Part shown: positions 30,211 through 43,747 of the stretch, piece after piece | Position numbering within the stretch: the stretch's first letter is position 1 | Layout of the letters: each line of letters starts with the position of its first letter | From: the human T2T-CHM13v2.0 reference genome, Homo sapiens | Length of the DNA: 64,000 nucleotides | Strand: one strand, 5' to 3' | NCBI RefSeq assembly: GCF_009914755.1 | Contig: NC_060931.1 | Notes under the pieces: generated by a model | What the model saw: the letters and a program-made list of their open reading frames with translations, nothing else | Told to the model about the DNA's origin: nothing | Database searches by the model: none | Made by a program: the position numbers and the translations under genes

Positions 30211-31474
30211 TCTGTGAAATAATAAATCAAAACTCTTAATTTCACAGAACTTACCCGGGTAGCAAAACTAGCTACTGAGCAGCCAAAATAGATACCACTA
30301 ATCATTCTACATTTCAGGTCTAAGATTAAAACAATGGAAAAACATGCTTACTAATGAAAGTATATTGAGAATTCCTTCACTGGGATGATGGCCTTCATTC
30401 TATTATTCAATAGCTCTTGAAGGGGTTGCCAGTCTGAACAGAAACAGTCACTCTTGTAGTTTTCTTCCTTCCCAGTCACTCTAAATTAGAAAATAGTTCA
30501 GAAATTCAATTTTCAAGACAATTTGTGTTCGGGTTTTAAAGGTTTGTAGGTGCATAACTACAGGAAGACTGAATTAAAGGCAAGTCCCAGAGGCAATTCT
30601 AGACACACAACACCACTTTACACAAATATTTTATAATACTATCTGAAACAAAGGTTATAGATAGTATAACCCATTATACAATTTCACACAATTTCAAAAA
30701 AAAAAAGAATGTTCAAAAATATTTTGAAAATAATGCCTAAACTCTAATATAAATAAAAATGTAAGAAAAATAATTTATAATAAAATAATATGCATTTCTT
30801 AATGTTAATATGCAGGTACAGAGAAGGTAGAAAACATAATGAAGTTTGCAGAGCCCCATTGCTACTCGGATTCACCACGATTGTTTGAAATACGTAAGCA
30901 GCAGAAGTAGGAATACTATTAGTGGTATACTTTTAGTCTCACAGCTAGTGTTGCCATCAGTGACATGATTTTCTAAAATGGTATTTAATGTTAACTAAAG
31001 TTCTATTAAGAAAAAATAATAGTTTTTTCTCTCAATTTCCACTACATTTGCATTTTGGGAAAATTCAGTGTATATTGAAACCATGCAGAAAATACTTTGA
31101 ATTCATGTTAACACTAATTTGGGCTCTATAATCATTAATTATAAACGAATGTTCCGCCATACAATGCACAGTGTCTACCATCCCTCACTCAGTAAATGCA
31201 GAAGCACTTCACAACACTGTGACCACAAAAGACTAATTCAATTTTGCAAACTTCTTCCTAAAGATAGGGCCACCCATATTTGTAATCTTCTTACTAAAGT
31301 ATATAATACATCCTTTAAAAATGAAAATAAATATAGTTTTATAGTCTGATTCTTCTGAAAACGCAAATGTACTCTGATAACTGGAACTAAGAAATTTTAA
31401 AAGGAAATGGTTGATGGTTGAGTGTCTGAGAATGGTTAAACTTTTCAAAGGAAGACACTTGACATAGACCTGTC

Positions 31475-31779
31475 TTTTTTGTTTTTGTTGTTAATTTTTA
31501 TTTCTATAGAGTTTGGGGCACAAGTGGTTTTTTTGTTAGTGAATGAATTTATCATAGTGAATTCTGAGAGTTTAATACACCCATCACCTGAGCAGTGTAC
31601 ACTGTACCTAATATGTAGTTTTTTATCTTAGCCCCCCTCCTTGCCTCCCCATCTGAGCCTCTAGAATCTATTATATGACCCTGTATGCCTTTGTGTACTC
31701 AAAGCTTAGCTCGCACTTATAAGTGAGAGCTTGCAGTTTTTGGTTTTCCACTCTTGAGTTACTTCACTTGGAGTAATAG
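31475..31779 (-). mobile_element. L1PB-like 3' end (5' truncated)
   Basis: T-rich tail, then cacccatcacctgagcagtgtacactgtacc...agcttagctcgcacttataagtgaga...ttttccactcttgagttacttcactt. Confidence 0.75.
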
Positions 31780-32199
31780 TGGAAGAAATTAAAATGTCAA
31801 AAGACCTGTGGTTACCAAAGACTACCATGCAGTATAGAGATTATATCCATAGCTAGGGTTCTAGAATAGATTCTAGAGACTGCAAATGGGTTAAACTCAT
31901 TTCCATATGTCTATATTAGCAATCTGGTGCAATCTATAATAAAAGGCAGCTTCACTGAACACTTAACCAAACATGAACTATTGCAAGAAAGACAACAGAG
32001 TTCCTGACCACAGATGCTATGCCTGACTACTCTACTAAATGACATAGCGTAACTCTTGTTCCATTCAATTCTCATTCTTATACATCAAAAGAAAGATGAA
32101 AAGTGAAAAAGAGAATTCAAAAAAACTGTCTTTAGGACAGGAGATTGAACTTTTGTAATTCTTTATCTTGACTGAATCTAGGTAGGAAGCTATTTTTCC

Positions 32200-32610
32200 C
32201 TGTATCAGTTTTCGAAGGTTGTCATAACAAAGTCCCACAGAATGTGTGGTTTAAAAAACAGACGTGTATTTTTTCACAGTCCTGAAGGCCAAAAGTCTAA
32301 AATCAAGATGTCCTCAACGTAACTTTCCTTTGAGGTCTCTCTCCTTGGCTTGTAGATAGCTGTCTTTCCCCTTAAGTCTTCACATGGCCTACTCTCATGA
32401 TATTTCTGTGTACAAATTATGATATTTCTGTGTACAAATTTCCTCCTCAAACAAGGGACTCAGTCATATTGAATCAGGCCCCACCCTAACTCATTTAGAG
32501 TTAATTACCTCTTCAATGGTCTTATCTCCAAATATAGTTACATTTTCAAGTACTGAGGGTTAGGAGTTCAACATAGAAATTTTGACGGGGCACAATTTAG
32601 CCCACAACAC
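32200..32610 (-). mobile_element. MaLR solo LTR, MLT1B/C-like, containing a perfect 22-bp tandem duplication (32397-32440)
   Basis: gtcataacaaagtcccacaga...tttttcacagtcctgaaggccaaaagtc...gggcacaatttagcccacaaca; (atgatatttctgtgtacaaatt)2. Confidence 0.75.
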
Positions 32611-32944
32611 TCCCTGCTTGTGGTTGCCATGAAAATCATTAAGGAGCATGATAGAACATATCAAAGACCCTGAATTAAAGTGCAATTCTCCAAAAACACT
32701 CTTATGTTACTTAGGTAAATATGAGCTGTACTGAGATGGGAGTGATTTCATTCTTGCTCTGCAGTCTCAGTGCTGGGTCCCATAACCAGACGGATTATTT
32801 TCCTCTGGAACCAGAAGTAGATCTAGTGCCAAATTATATATGTGTACACTGAGTTATTTAGCGTAACATCTTCCCTCTTCACCATTCTTTAACTTATACT
32901 GATGATCACATGGTGTGTCAATCATGAACAAAAAAACTGCCTTT

Positions 32945-34640
32945 TCTTTTAATATTATTTTTGATTGAAGAATCATAATCTTATACATTTATGGGGTAAA
33001 ATGTGACGTTTTGATATATGTATATAATGTGAGATGATTAAATCAAGCTAATTAATGTATCAATCATCTCACTTGCTTATCACTTTTTGTGGTGAAATAT
33101 TTGAGATTTGCTAAATTTATTTGAAATATATATTATTATTGACTATTGTCACTCTGCCATGCAATAGATCTCTGCTATCGAACTGAAAATTTGTACCATT
33201 TGACCAAAAACAGCTCTCCATTTTCTCCCACCCCCCTAACCCTGATAACTGTCGTTTTACTCTTTACTTCTGTATTAGTCTGTTCTCACACTGCTAATAA
33301 AGACATATCCAAGATTGGGTAATTTATAAAGAAAAGGAGGTTTAATGGACTCACAGTTCCACATGGCTGGGGGAGGTCTCACAATAATGGCAGGAGGTGA
33401 AGGAGGAGCAAAGTCACATCTTACCTGGTGGCAGGAAAGAGAATGTGTGCAGGGAAACTCTCCTTTATAAAACCATCAAATCACATGAGACTTACTATCA
33501 CGAGAACAGCAAGGGAAAGGCTCGCCGCCATGATTCAATTACCTCCCACCGGGTCCCTCCCAGGACATGTGGGAATTATGGGAGCTACAATTCAAGATGA
33601 GGTTTGGGTGGTGGGGACATAGCTAAAGCATATCAACTACTATGAGTTTGACTTTTTTCCATTCCACATGTAAGGGAGATCACGTAGTGTTTGTCTTTCT
33701 GTTCCTGGCTTATTTCACAAAGCATAATGTTCTCCAGGTTCATCCATTATCAGAAAGGACAGAATTGCCTTTTTTTAAGGCCCAATAGTATTTCATTGTG
33801 TATATTGCCATCTTTTTTATCCATTTATCTGCTTATGAACACTAACGTTTTTTCCATATCCTGGCTATTCTTATGAATAATGTTGCAATGAACATGGGTG
33901 TGCACATATCCCTTTGACATATTGATTTCAGTTTTTTTGGATACATACTCAGAAGTGGCTGGATTATATGGTAGTTCTATTCTCTTTTTTTTTTTTTTTT
34001 GTAAATTGACACTTCACTTCCACTCTCTTAGCATTTTTCAAGAACACAATATGTTGTTAACTATGGTTACCATGTTGTACAATAGGTGTCTTGAATTTAT
34101 TTCTCCTAACTGAAATGTTGTGTTCTTTGGCCAATACATCCCCAAGTACCCCAGCTCAACCACTGGGGTATGAGATCAACTTTTTTAGATTCCACATATG
34201 AGTGAAATTATGCAGTATCTGTCTTTCTGTGCCTGGCTTATTCTTCTTAATATAATTTTTAGGTTTTTTTTGTGGACCCTCCATATCACTTTCCATAATG
34301 GTTGTACATTTACATTTTTTATAATGTATTTTTTATCTACTTACATTTTTTTCTCCATCCTCACCAAGACTTATCATAATATATCCTTTTGATAACAGCT
34401 ATTCAAACAGGTGTGAGGTAATATCTCACTGGGATTTCAATTTGCTTTTACCTAATAATGAGTAATACTCAATATTATTTATAAACCTACTGACAATTTC
34501 CATGTCTTCTTTTGAAAATGTCTGTTCAGGTCCTTTGCTCATTTCTGAATCAGGTTATTTGTTTTCTTGCTATTGAGTTGAGTTCCTTATATATTGTGGA
34601 TATTAACCCCCTTATCAGGTATATCATTTATAAATATATT
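32945..34640 (-). mobile_element. L1MA 3' region, interrupted by a THE1 LTR and by a second L1MA 3' fragment (about 33985-34258)
   Basis: tatacatttatggggtaaaatgtga..., ttccacatgtaagggagatca, ggattatatggtagttctat. The second T-tail/3'UTR segment repeats ttttagattccacatatgagtga. Confidence 0.75.
33271..33635 (-). mobile_element. THE1 (C/D-like) MaLR solo LTR
   Basis: tgtattagtctgttctcacactgctaataaagacata...catatca. 5-bp near-TSD acttc/actac. Confidence 0.9.
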
Positions 34641-35663
34641 CTCTCACTTTTTATTTTTATTTTCAATGTAAGTACTGCATCTTCTGTATTTTCTTCCCTT
34701 ATGTGGAAGGTAGTAGAGACTGTCTGGTGACATAAAACAGAATTTGACTGGACAGTGACTTACTGATGGATTTTGGATTAGTCAGACATTGTTTTCTCTC
34801 TTTCGTGTTTCAAAATACCTATGTTATTTTACAGTATTTCCTACTAGAGCAAAGGAAGAAGTCACTCACTTTTTTTTTCTAAAATCAATCTGTGCACGTT
34901 GTTCTTAATCTCATACTCTGCTCACTATGGGATTATGAACCATAAATCATGTCTTTTTGGAAAACTTTTTAGTTTTAATTTATCTTGTTCTCTTCCTTTG
35001 ATTTCTTCTCTAAAGTTTTTTAAAATAATAAGTGCTATTCAAGAGTATAATCTTGGGATTAATTTAAATATTAAGGGTTTTGAAACCCTCTAATGTTTTA
35101 AAAAACATTAAAGTTTAATAAATGTTGAAGTTAACTGATCACGCTCTGCATTCACAGAACTATGTGAAAAAGAGGAAAGAATACAAAAGTTGATATAATA
35201 TTTTCATTTGATATACTTCTTATGTTTGAAATTGATATCATTCTTCTTAAGAATCTAAAATAACCACGTTGTAATGTACTATTTTCTTCACCTACTTTCA
35301 GTCCATTGATTTTATGTACTTAATGTTACAGACACTGTGGAATATGAGCTAAAGGTCTGAATTCAGGAATACAAGTTTCAAAGCTTAGACTTTTACAAAC
35401 TGTTTTATGTTCTAATGATATTTTGTTTGCTTGGTTTTGTTTTTGTTTTTTTATTGTAGTTTATTGTAAAATGAGAAATGGAATAGTGTCATCATATTGT
35501 TTAAATTTCCTCCTATGATAAGCAATTTCTGCACAGTAGAGAGAAGCCAAAGGTAATTATTCAGATGATGGTCTTCAACAGAGATAAGCAAGCAAAAGTA
35601 TCTGATGGCAGTAATTATCTGGGTAACTTTCCTCCTCACTTTGCTTGGAGAAGCTAAAACATC

Positions 35664-35717
35664 CCTCTCTCTGTCTCTCTCTCTCTCTCTCCCTCTCTTT
35701 CTGTTTCTCCCTCTCTC
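35664..35717. repeat. (CT)n-rich tract
   Basis: Seen directly. Confidence 0.85.
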
Positions 35718-37833
35718 CTGAAAATAAGAACCGTACACTCTATGGTCTTTGAAGTCAAATAAGGGGAAAAGTTACCTAACTTCTCTCTATGTGACTCTTT
35801 CCAGAGTAACCTGGAGTAGATAATTAGTTTGTTAATTATTTTAAAGCAATTTTTTCAAGTTTTACATTATCTTCAAATGTTGAATGAAATGAGAGGAGGA
35901 GGATTAAGTTGAGAACTGAAATTTGAGAAATGAATTACTGTGATTGCTTCACACAGTGAATCATATATTGATGCGGTACAGAATACATTGCTTGTCTCCA
36001 TAAAGATGAATAGTTCTGCCATGTAACTAAACACAATATTTATTATGAAAGGTCCTCACCAGAGCATTAGGGAAATACAATTGTCATTTTCACCACTGAA
36101 GACAGGGACGTTGGATTCAGGTTTGAAATTTGAATTTAGTTGTATAAAATCCTACTTTATTTTCGAATGAAAACTTTGGGAACATTCTGGCTAGAGGTTT
36201 TTTGAATCATGAAAGGATAAATCTTTGTGAACCTAGTCAATTAGAAATCGTTGAGGTCAAGGGGGAATAATGTCAATGCCATTTCCACAGAAGGAGAGCC
36301 CCGCAAACCTCAGTGTGTGCTTCTTTTCCCCTTTTGCCCCACTTCTCCACTAGTCCTGATTGTATCTCTTAGTGAGTGGTAAAAGACAGGCAAATTGTAT
36401 ACTAAGAAATATGTCAAGTTGTATGAGGGAGAAAGGATGGAATAGATTGTGCTATTTATTTGATGTGGTGGTGGTGGTGACTTTCCAGGGGAGGGCTGGG
36501 TGGAGAGAGCATGAAGCCACTATTGATTTCATACAATAGCTATGGTTCTTTACAAACACGTTTGTGAGGTCACCAAACATCTTGTTCCTATTTCAGTTTC
36601 ATTTTCTACGTGTTCACCCTCCTCTGTACAGAGGCACTGGACAATAATCAGAATTATCTTAGGCAAGTTAATCATTTTAGGGTGAAGTTGATTACTTTAG
36701 TGTAAAGTTTTCCTATGTTTTTTCCTATCAGAGGACCAACGTTAACAAGAAGAAAAAAATGTGCTTACAGTTTCTTGGTCAATAAAATTGAGATAATTCT
36801 TATTAAGACACTTTGATTGCATATGTTAACTAATAACAAATGACTTAGAACAAGAACTGCATTCTAATCAATTAGGAGTACTTTATTGAGTGTATATTAA
36901 AGGTAAGCTTAAACTATTCCCATCCCAATTCATTCCTCTCTGTTTCTGGTGGAATTTAAGTAATAGGCTCTAGCAGAATAGAGAACAGAAAAGTCTCCCT
37001 TGAGCCTATCCTTCTGGTTACTCACCCCAATGTGAACATGAATAACTCTTCCACAGTACATGAATTTAAAAAGTAATATGAAGAAAGGTCTTCTCGTTAA
37101 CTCAAGATGTGATAAATTGTAAAAATGACCATTGTCTCATTTCAAATACGTTAAGAGCAGATGATAGTGGTTTGTACACTTAAATTACATAACTATAAAA
37201 AGTGTTCTACACAATGGAGTGTTAGCATATAAAATTACTTATTATCGATTAAATGTAAAGCACATTTGTAGATTATACCTAAAATAATGAGTATCATATC
37301 CATAGCCTTGTAAAAATTAGATACATGTGCCTTTCTTCTTTTAGTTAGATACGCCATTCCCCCCACACTCGCACATTCACATGGAAATAAATTACACCTA
37401 ACTTGTTTCTGCCACTCCCAGTATAGAAGTCTTAAATTATTTTTATTCTCGGCTAGGGATTCCGAGATGATGGACAAAATGATCCAGGGCCTTCTAAATA
37501 AAGAAAATACCAACATGTCAGTCTATAATCCTTACAGTAACCAAATGTTGTTACCTGAATGTCAGTAATTGAAACTCCACAAAAAATAGCATTGTCTTCC
37601 ATACTTGGCATTTATGAAAATGACATAAGATCAAAGAATTTGAATTAGGTTACATATGGTATATTTGAAGTTAATTTTCTTACGACAATAGAGGCTTAGA
37701 CTTCTACAAGTAGCTATACATGCATTCTAGTCCCAAAGAAATATAAGCAAGACAATATTTTTAAAATTACTGTTTATTACTACCTAGTGTTTGGGCTAAT
37801 TCTTGACCACTGGAATTGCAGAACTCTGAAAAA

Positions 37834-37849
37834 ACACACACACACAGAT

Positions 37850-37880
<31 letters not shown>
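37834..37880. repeat. Interrupted (CA)n microsatellite
   Basis: Seen directly. Confidence 0.92.
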
Positions 37881-39299
37881 AAGGAGTGAAATTAGATCAG
37901 CCTGCCCCAAAGATCTCAGGCAGAGTTTGCTCCATTCACCTCTCTTGCCTCTCAGACACAGCTTTATTCCTATTTGGTCTTTCAGGGGACTAAAGAGTTA
38001 CCTTCCAAGTGGTAAGCAACCTCAGTTTCAACTTGCTGCATGGACTCTTGAAGATTTAAGGAGATGAAGAGAAGTAGAGAAAAAGCAATTTTAACATAAA
38101 GTCACACTAACTCTGGAATCAGAAATATTTCAATCTAATTCAATTTTAGTAGATAAAGTTGAAATGATAATTGCATTATCAAATTAATGAATTCTCAAAG
38201 AAAGATTAAATTACATTCAATCTACTCAACATACTAAAGCAGATATGTGAGCTAGTATACATTAGAAATATTCTTAAACAAGATATAAATGAAAACACCA
38301 TCTCCTCTCTCTCCTCCCTGTTCCTGGATAAATGGTAATTACGTGGAAATTTCAATAGACTAAGTTATCATTAATTATTATATTATCACATAAGCTACCG
38401 TGATGATCATTCAATTGTAATAACACAGTTATTTGGATCTTAGCAGAATTACTATAATAGGGGAACCTTAAAATTTATATATTCAAGTGAAAAAACATAT
38501 TTGAAAAGAAGAATTAAACATGTTTGTACTAAAGCATTTAGTTAGTCATATCTGAAATGTATTTTATAATCATCACATAGTTCAAACTGAAGTAAAATTT
38601 ATTATTTGTTCTAGGTATTTGATATAAAAGACAACTTTAGTTTCCATAATTGCCTTCAGCTCTGCAAAAGTAAAAGAGGGCTTCATGTTTCCTATTGTTT
38701 GATGGGAGGGTGCATTCTTACATGAAATTAGGTTCAGTAAGAACTATGGAAGCAAGCTGTAAATGTTTTGGCAGTAACTATGCAAACTAGCTTAAACATT
38801 TAGGCAGTAATTATCATCTCAAATTTTGGTGCACTATATAGCTCCACTATTGCAAATTGAGGACATAGTAAATAAATTTGTAGAGAGATTTAAATCAATT
38901 CATCTTTCCAGATGAAAAAAAATTTAGTAATCTTTAGTTTCAAGTCAGTAATGTCAACTCCTACCATGTGAACAATAAATGATCATTTGTTCTTTTGATT
39001 GTTTACTTTGTTCTTTAAATGTCCAGATTCTCCAGAATAATATGCCCTGTTTGCTATATTATTTTATCTGGTCTATCTGACTGCTGACTTCAATCTAATC
39101 ACTGGATTGGGTTTTGGATGCTACCTAATGTCATTCAACTTTGTCAGTAGATCTAGCATTTTCAAAAACTAATAAGAGGAAAATGGAATATGAAATTCCA
39201 AGAAATACTCCAGGAAAATATTGAGGATCTCAGATGTTTGGACATTCAACAAGCAGACATCATATTGTATGGAATGTAAAGAGGTAACAACTTGGAAAT

Positions 39300-39630
39300 T
39301 GCTGTAGTCTGAATGTGTACCCTCAGACGTCATATCTTGAAATCCTAAGCCTCAAGTTAATAGCATTAGAAGATGAGGTGTTTGGCGGTTGGGTCCATTA
39401 TGAGGACAGAACACATGTGAAAGGGATTAGTGTCCTTATGAAAGTGGCCTGGGAGAATTTTTATTCTTCTATCAAGGGAGGACACAGCTAGAAGGTACCA
39501 TTTATGAGAGAGAAACCCTCACCAGACACCACATCTGCAAGCACATTATCTTGAACTTCTCAGCCTCCAAAACCGAAAAATAAATGCGTGTTGTTTATAA
39601 GCCACCCATTTTATGGTTTATTTTCTAAGA
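39300..39630 (+). mobile_element. MaLR solo LTR, MLT1A-like
   Basis: tgctgtagtctgaatgtgtaccctc...gggattagtgtccttatgaaag...cttgaacttctcagcctcca...aaataaat...tttataagccaccc. Confidence 0.8.
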
Positions 39631-42094
39631 AACCATCTCCTAAAATTGAGTTAAGTGTTTATAATTTATTTGCTAGATGGTGTGTTTTCTTAACCTTTAT
39701 TTGTTGTAAATGCTGCTACTAAAAGTTGATTTTTGGCTTTCGCATGAACCCCATTATAACTATGTACTCTCCAATTTGCTACATGTCTAGAAGAACACTA
39801 ACAATAAAGAAAATGGGACCTGCCAGCATCATCCTAGACTCTACATCTCAGAAATGAGCTTATTCTTTTCTAGACAGAGCATATAGCACTAGCCCTAATA
39901 TTCAATATGGCTGGAGTGCACCATTTTTCTTTACTGACACTAAAAGCTTCTTAGTGCAAGGGTTTTCTCTCCTTAAGTCAACTGAAGATACTATAGTTGA
40001 TCTTGGTCCAGAAATATATCCTTGGGGATGAGGCAGAATGATAAACTTTTATCAACCCAGGAAAAAGACAAAGTCTGTAAATTCTTCTAGATGATCTTAC
40101 TTCTTCCAAATATCCTTTGTCTGACACCACACTAATTCCATTTTCCTTTTTATTCCACTGAGTTGCTAAATTTTGTCAAGAATGTGACAATTTAGGCAAG
40201 CTTGTTTGTCAAATGTTTAAATCCATCTTTTGCCCCAAATAAAACAACTCTGCATCCTTCCCATGGCTATCTACACAATATTCATTATCATCAGTCTCAC
40301 CCTATTTTGAAAGTTTAAGGATTTTATGGGTTTTCTTAGAAACCAAATGAAGTACCATACATGAGAATGTGTGTCGACATTAAGTAGATTTGGAGCATTC
40401 CATAATATTCCTCTAGTTCCACTTAGACCAAAGATGATAGTCTGTATCAGCTACTGCCTTTTTTTCTTCCTGTAGTCCTCACAAATCATTTTTAATTTTA
40501 TTTACATTTGTTCTTTACATACAAGCTCATCTCCTCTTAAGTACCTGAACAAAGTATCACAATACCTCTCCTCCATTATTTAGAACCAGATAATATCCCA
40601 GGGCTGGAATTCAGTGGTCATGACTATTGTTTTCATTTGCTATTTCAATATGCACCTCTGTATTCACTTACTACCAAAAAGATTTCACAGGCCCCATTCC
40701 AAGAGGAAGTCACAGACATAGACATAACCCTCCAGTTCAAGTCATTTCTATCTTTAAGCCAAATCAAAGAAATTGTATTTGGAATGAAGGCTGTTGCCTA
40801 ATTCTTCATAGAATTTTATCCATCTCCTCTTCTATGCTCTCACTCACCCTCGTTCCCCTGAGATGAAATCATATTAACTCTTGATGTTTATTAACCCAAA
40901 TATTTTCCGTGGACTTACTGATCTCCTTTTTGGGAGTAAATTCTACCCAATTCCCTGTGGTCTAAAATGTATAATCATGACATCAGTAGAAGGATAAAAG
41001 TTTAAATAACCTGTCTGACAAGAAAAGTCCACATAAAACTTCACACAATCTGCTGTTAAAGTAGTAATAGCATACATCTCTAAATTCAGACTAAGATACT
41101 TTCCACAGCCTAGCTACTCATGTCACAAATTTCACACAAAAGTCAGCAAAATCTGCATTCGCCTATGTGATTTAGACACATTACTCAATTCTATCAAATC
41201 AAATGACCTGAGTTATAAAATCTAAAGGTCTTTAAGCCCTTGCCCATAAGACTGTGCTTCATAAATGTACTCAACAGCCTTCCTATTATAGTTTAGTATT
41301 TTGCATTAAAACAAACCTTTGATGATAAATTGCAAACTGTGAGCTGGTTATACTGTAACAAGTCCTACTTCCTGCTGCAGGCAGTCTACTTTGGGTAGCC
41401 ATACTGATTAGACCAACTACCCTCCAACTTAATCCTGGATTTTTTCAGGAAACAATCCACTCATAAACTTGAATATTTCAGCAGCAACCACTTCTGGAAC
41501 TGCAATTCTGAGAGCCTGACTGCCTCTCTGTAACCAGCCTGTAACGCTGAAAGGCCTTTTTCTCCCCTCTCCTTCATCTCCTGAAACTACTGCTTTAGGA
41601 AATGGGTCCTCCTTGTTGCTTAGACAGTCTGTACATCTATAACATAAGGTCTAGTCTCAATGGAGTAGTAATACTTTAATGCTTAGAATAATTTTAAACA
41701 ACTCTATTTTTCTCTCTTTTAATTGAAACAAAGATAATTTTCAAAATCTTAAGAAGTGATCTTTGTTGGAAAATATGTACTTCAGTTCACAAGCCCCACA
41801 TCTTGCCTTATGTTTCTATAGACCTTACTTTCTCATAGTTCTTTCAAATTCCAAATATATTTCCAAAATTTTATTCCAATATGCATTTTATTTTTTCACA
41901 CTGCTTTCACATTAATATATAAATTGATCTTAATGTTCAGACAATTTGACATAACTTCTCATTGATAAAAGATTTTTTCTAATCCAGAAAAAAATCTAAA
42001 TGGTTTTTCAATATGAATTTATTGAGGGATAAACTTAAGATTCTAGAACTTCAGTTTAGAACTTTGAGGTATATTAATTTATCTGGATAATAAT

Positions 42095-42310
42095 AATAGT
42101 ACTGGTAGTTAATCTATAGAGAACACTTTCTGTGCCTGGTATAATATATAAATTATGTTTAATTCCCAAAATAATCAAGTTTTATGGGTATAAATACTAC
42201 TCTGATCTTATAGGTGAGAAAATGAAAGCATCCAGTGTGCGGGTAAGGTCACACAAAGAGTTTGTAGGCCAATACACAAATCCCAGAGACCAGGCTCAAT
42301 TTCCACTCTA
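42095..42310 (-). mobile_element. MIR
   Basis: gaacactttctgtgcctgg...ttataggtgagaaaatgaaagca...aaggtcacaca. Confidence 0.55.
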
Positions 42311-43708
42311 ACTTGCTTCCTGAATGACCATCTGGTTCTTCCTAATTTCTATGTGATTATGACACTCAAAAGAAATTCACTTAAAATCTGGGCAACAGAG
42401 CTGCGCTGTGACCCCCACCTCACCCCGCAGAACATGAAGAATGCAATAAATATTAAGGTCAAGTTTTATATTCTAAATTTACAAATTAGTTTAACTATTT
42501 TTCCTCCCAGTTTCTTATATTAATTGAAAGTATGTTTACCAGTGCATTAAGACCACCCTTTGCTGACTTTACCTTTCCTACTAACATTAAACAGCCAAAA
42601 CATGAATTGTTTCTTTAGCAATATATTCAAGGTGTTTAATCCAAATAACACTCGGTATCATGCATTTCCCTGAGACCTTTAAAATAAAGTGAAATTTTGG
42701 AAATCCCTTTAAGTTTATGCATCTTCCTCAGTATGTCATTCCAATTGATACTTGATTATGATATGAAGTATCTCAGAGTGCCCAGGGACAATTAGCAGGG
42801 CTAAAGGACCAAAATCCAGGTAGATTTTTCAGCTCACCAGAGGTTTTACTATGGGACTCTACTTTATCCTGTTCATGCTCACTAAAGAATAACATTCCAG
42901 ACAGCTTGTATATTTTCAGAGAAGCAGGTGCTAAAGCCTTCTTAGAGGGTGCAATCAGACTGGCAAATGTATCTACTCTAATTTGGCCGATTTTTCAGCA
43001 GGCATTCACTGATTTCTGGGCATAGTTGGACAGCTCCCTTTACAGAAGGAAATTCTACTCCAAGGCACTCACCTAGACATATACCAATTTTTTTTAACCT
43101 ATTGAAAATTCCTGAATTTTTCCAGTGCTTCATGCAATCACTTCAAAGTGTTAAGATTGAAATATTTTGACTCTTTTTTTTCACTTAAGTTCCAAAATTT
43201 GGGCAGACTTTTGAGATAATTTACATTGTGGCAGACTATTTACAGAACTCTGGAATAATAATGATGATTGTGATAAAAATAATTTTTATATTTGTTGAGA
43301 ATATTAATTTTAAGAATGTATTAAGATATTGGAAAAAAGAGCCAGTCAAGATTTACTTGAATTAATGTTAGCATAAAGATGATATGGACTTATTTTGGTC
43401 CGTTTATTCAACCACTCACTACCAGTGTAATATCCATCTTGGTCATAGGCATAAACTCTATGTAGCATAATGCCAAACCCAATAATAGTAGATATTCAAT
43501 TAATATTGGGGATGCAAATGAAGAATGTGTATACTGCTAATGAAGTCACTACTCATGGGATCAAGCTAACATTTTTTAAAAATCTGTTGAAGTAAAGAGG
43601 ATGTGAGCAGTGGGAAAGAGAAAATGTCTATTCTTTATTATTTTCCATTGCTCTACTTCCAAAATAATGCAAATTGCCCACTGTCTTTTCTGGTCATGCT
43701 GTGCATTT

Positions 43709-43747
43709 GGGGGAGGTGGGGCTGGGGTGGGGGGGCCGGTGGGTGGG
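43709..43747 (+). other. Predicted G-quadruplex tract
   Basis: gggggaggtggggctggggtgggggggccggtgggtggg contains six runs of at least G3 with short loops. Confidence 0.7.

Noticed and set aside
30585-31330. Possible old hAT DNA transposon remnant
   Set aside because: I could not establish TIRs or a family with confidence.
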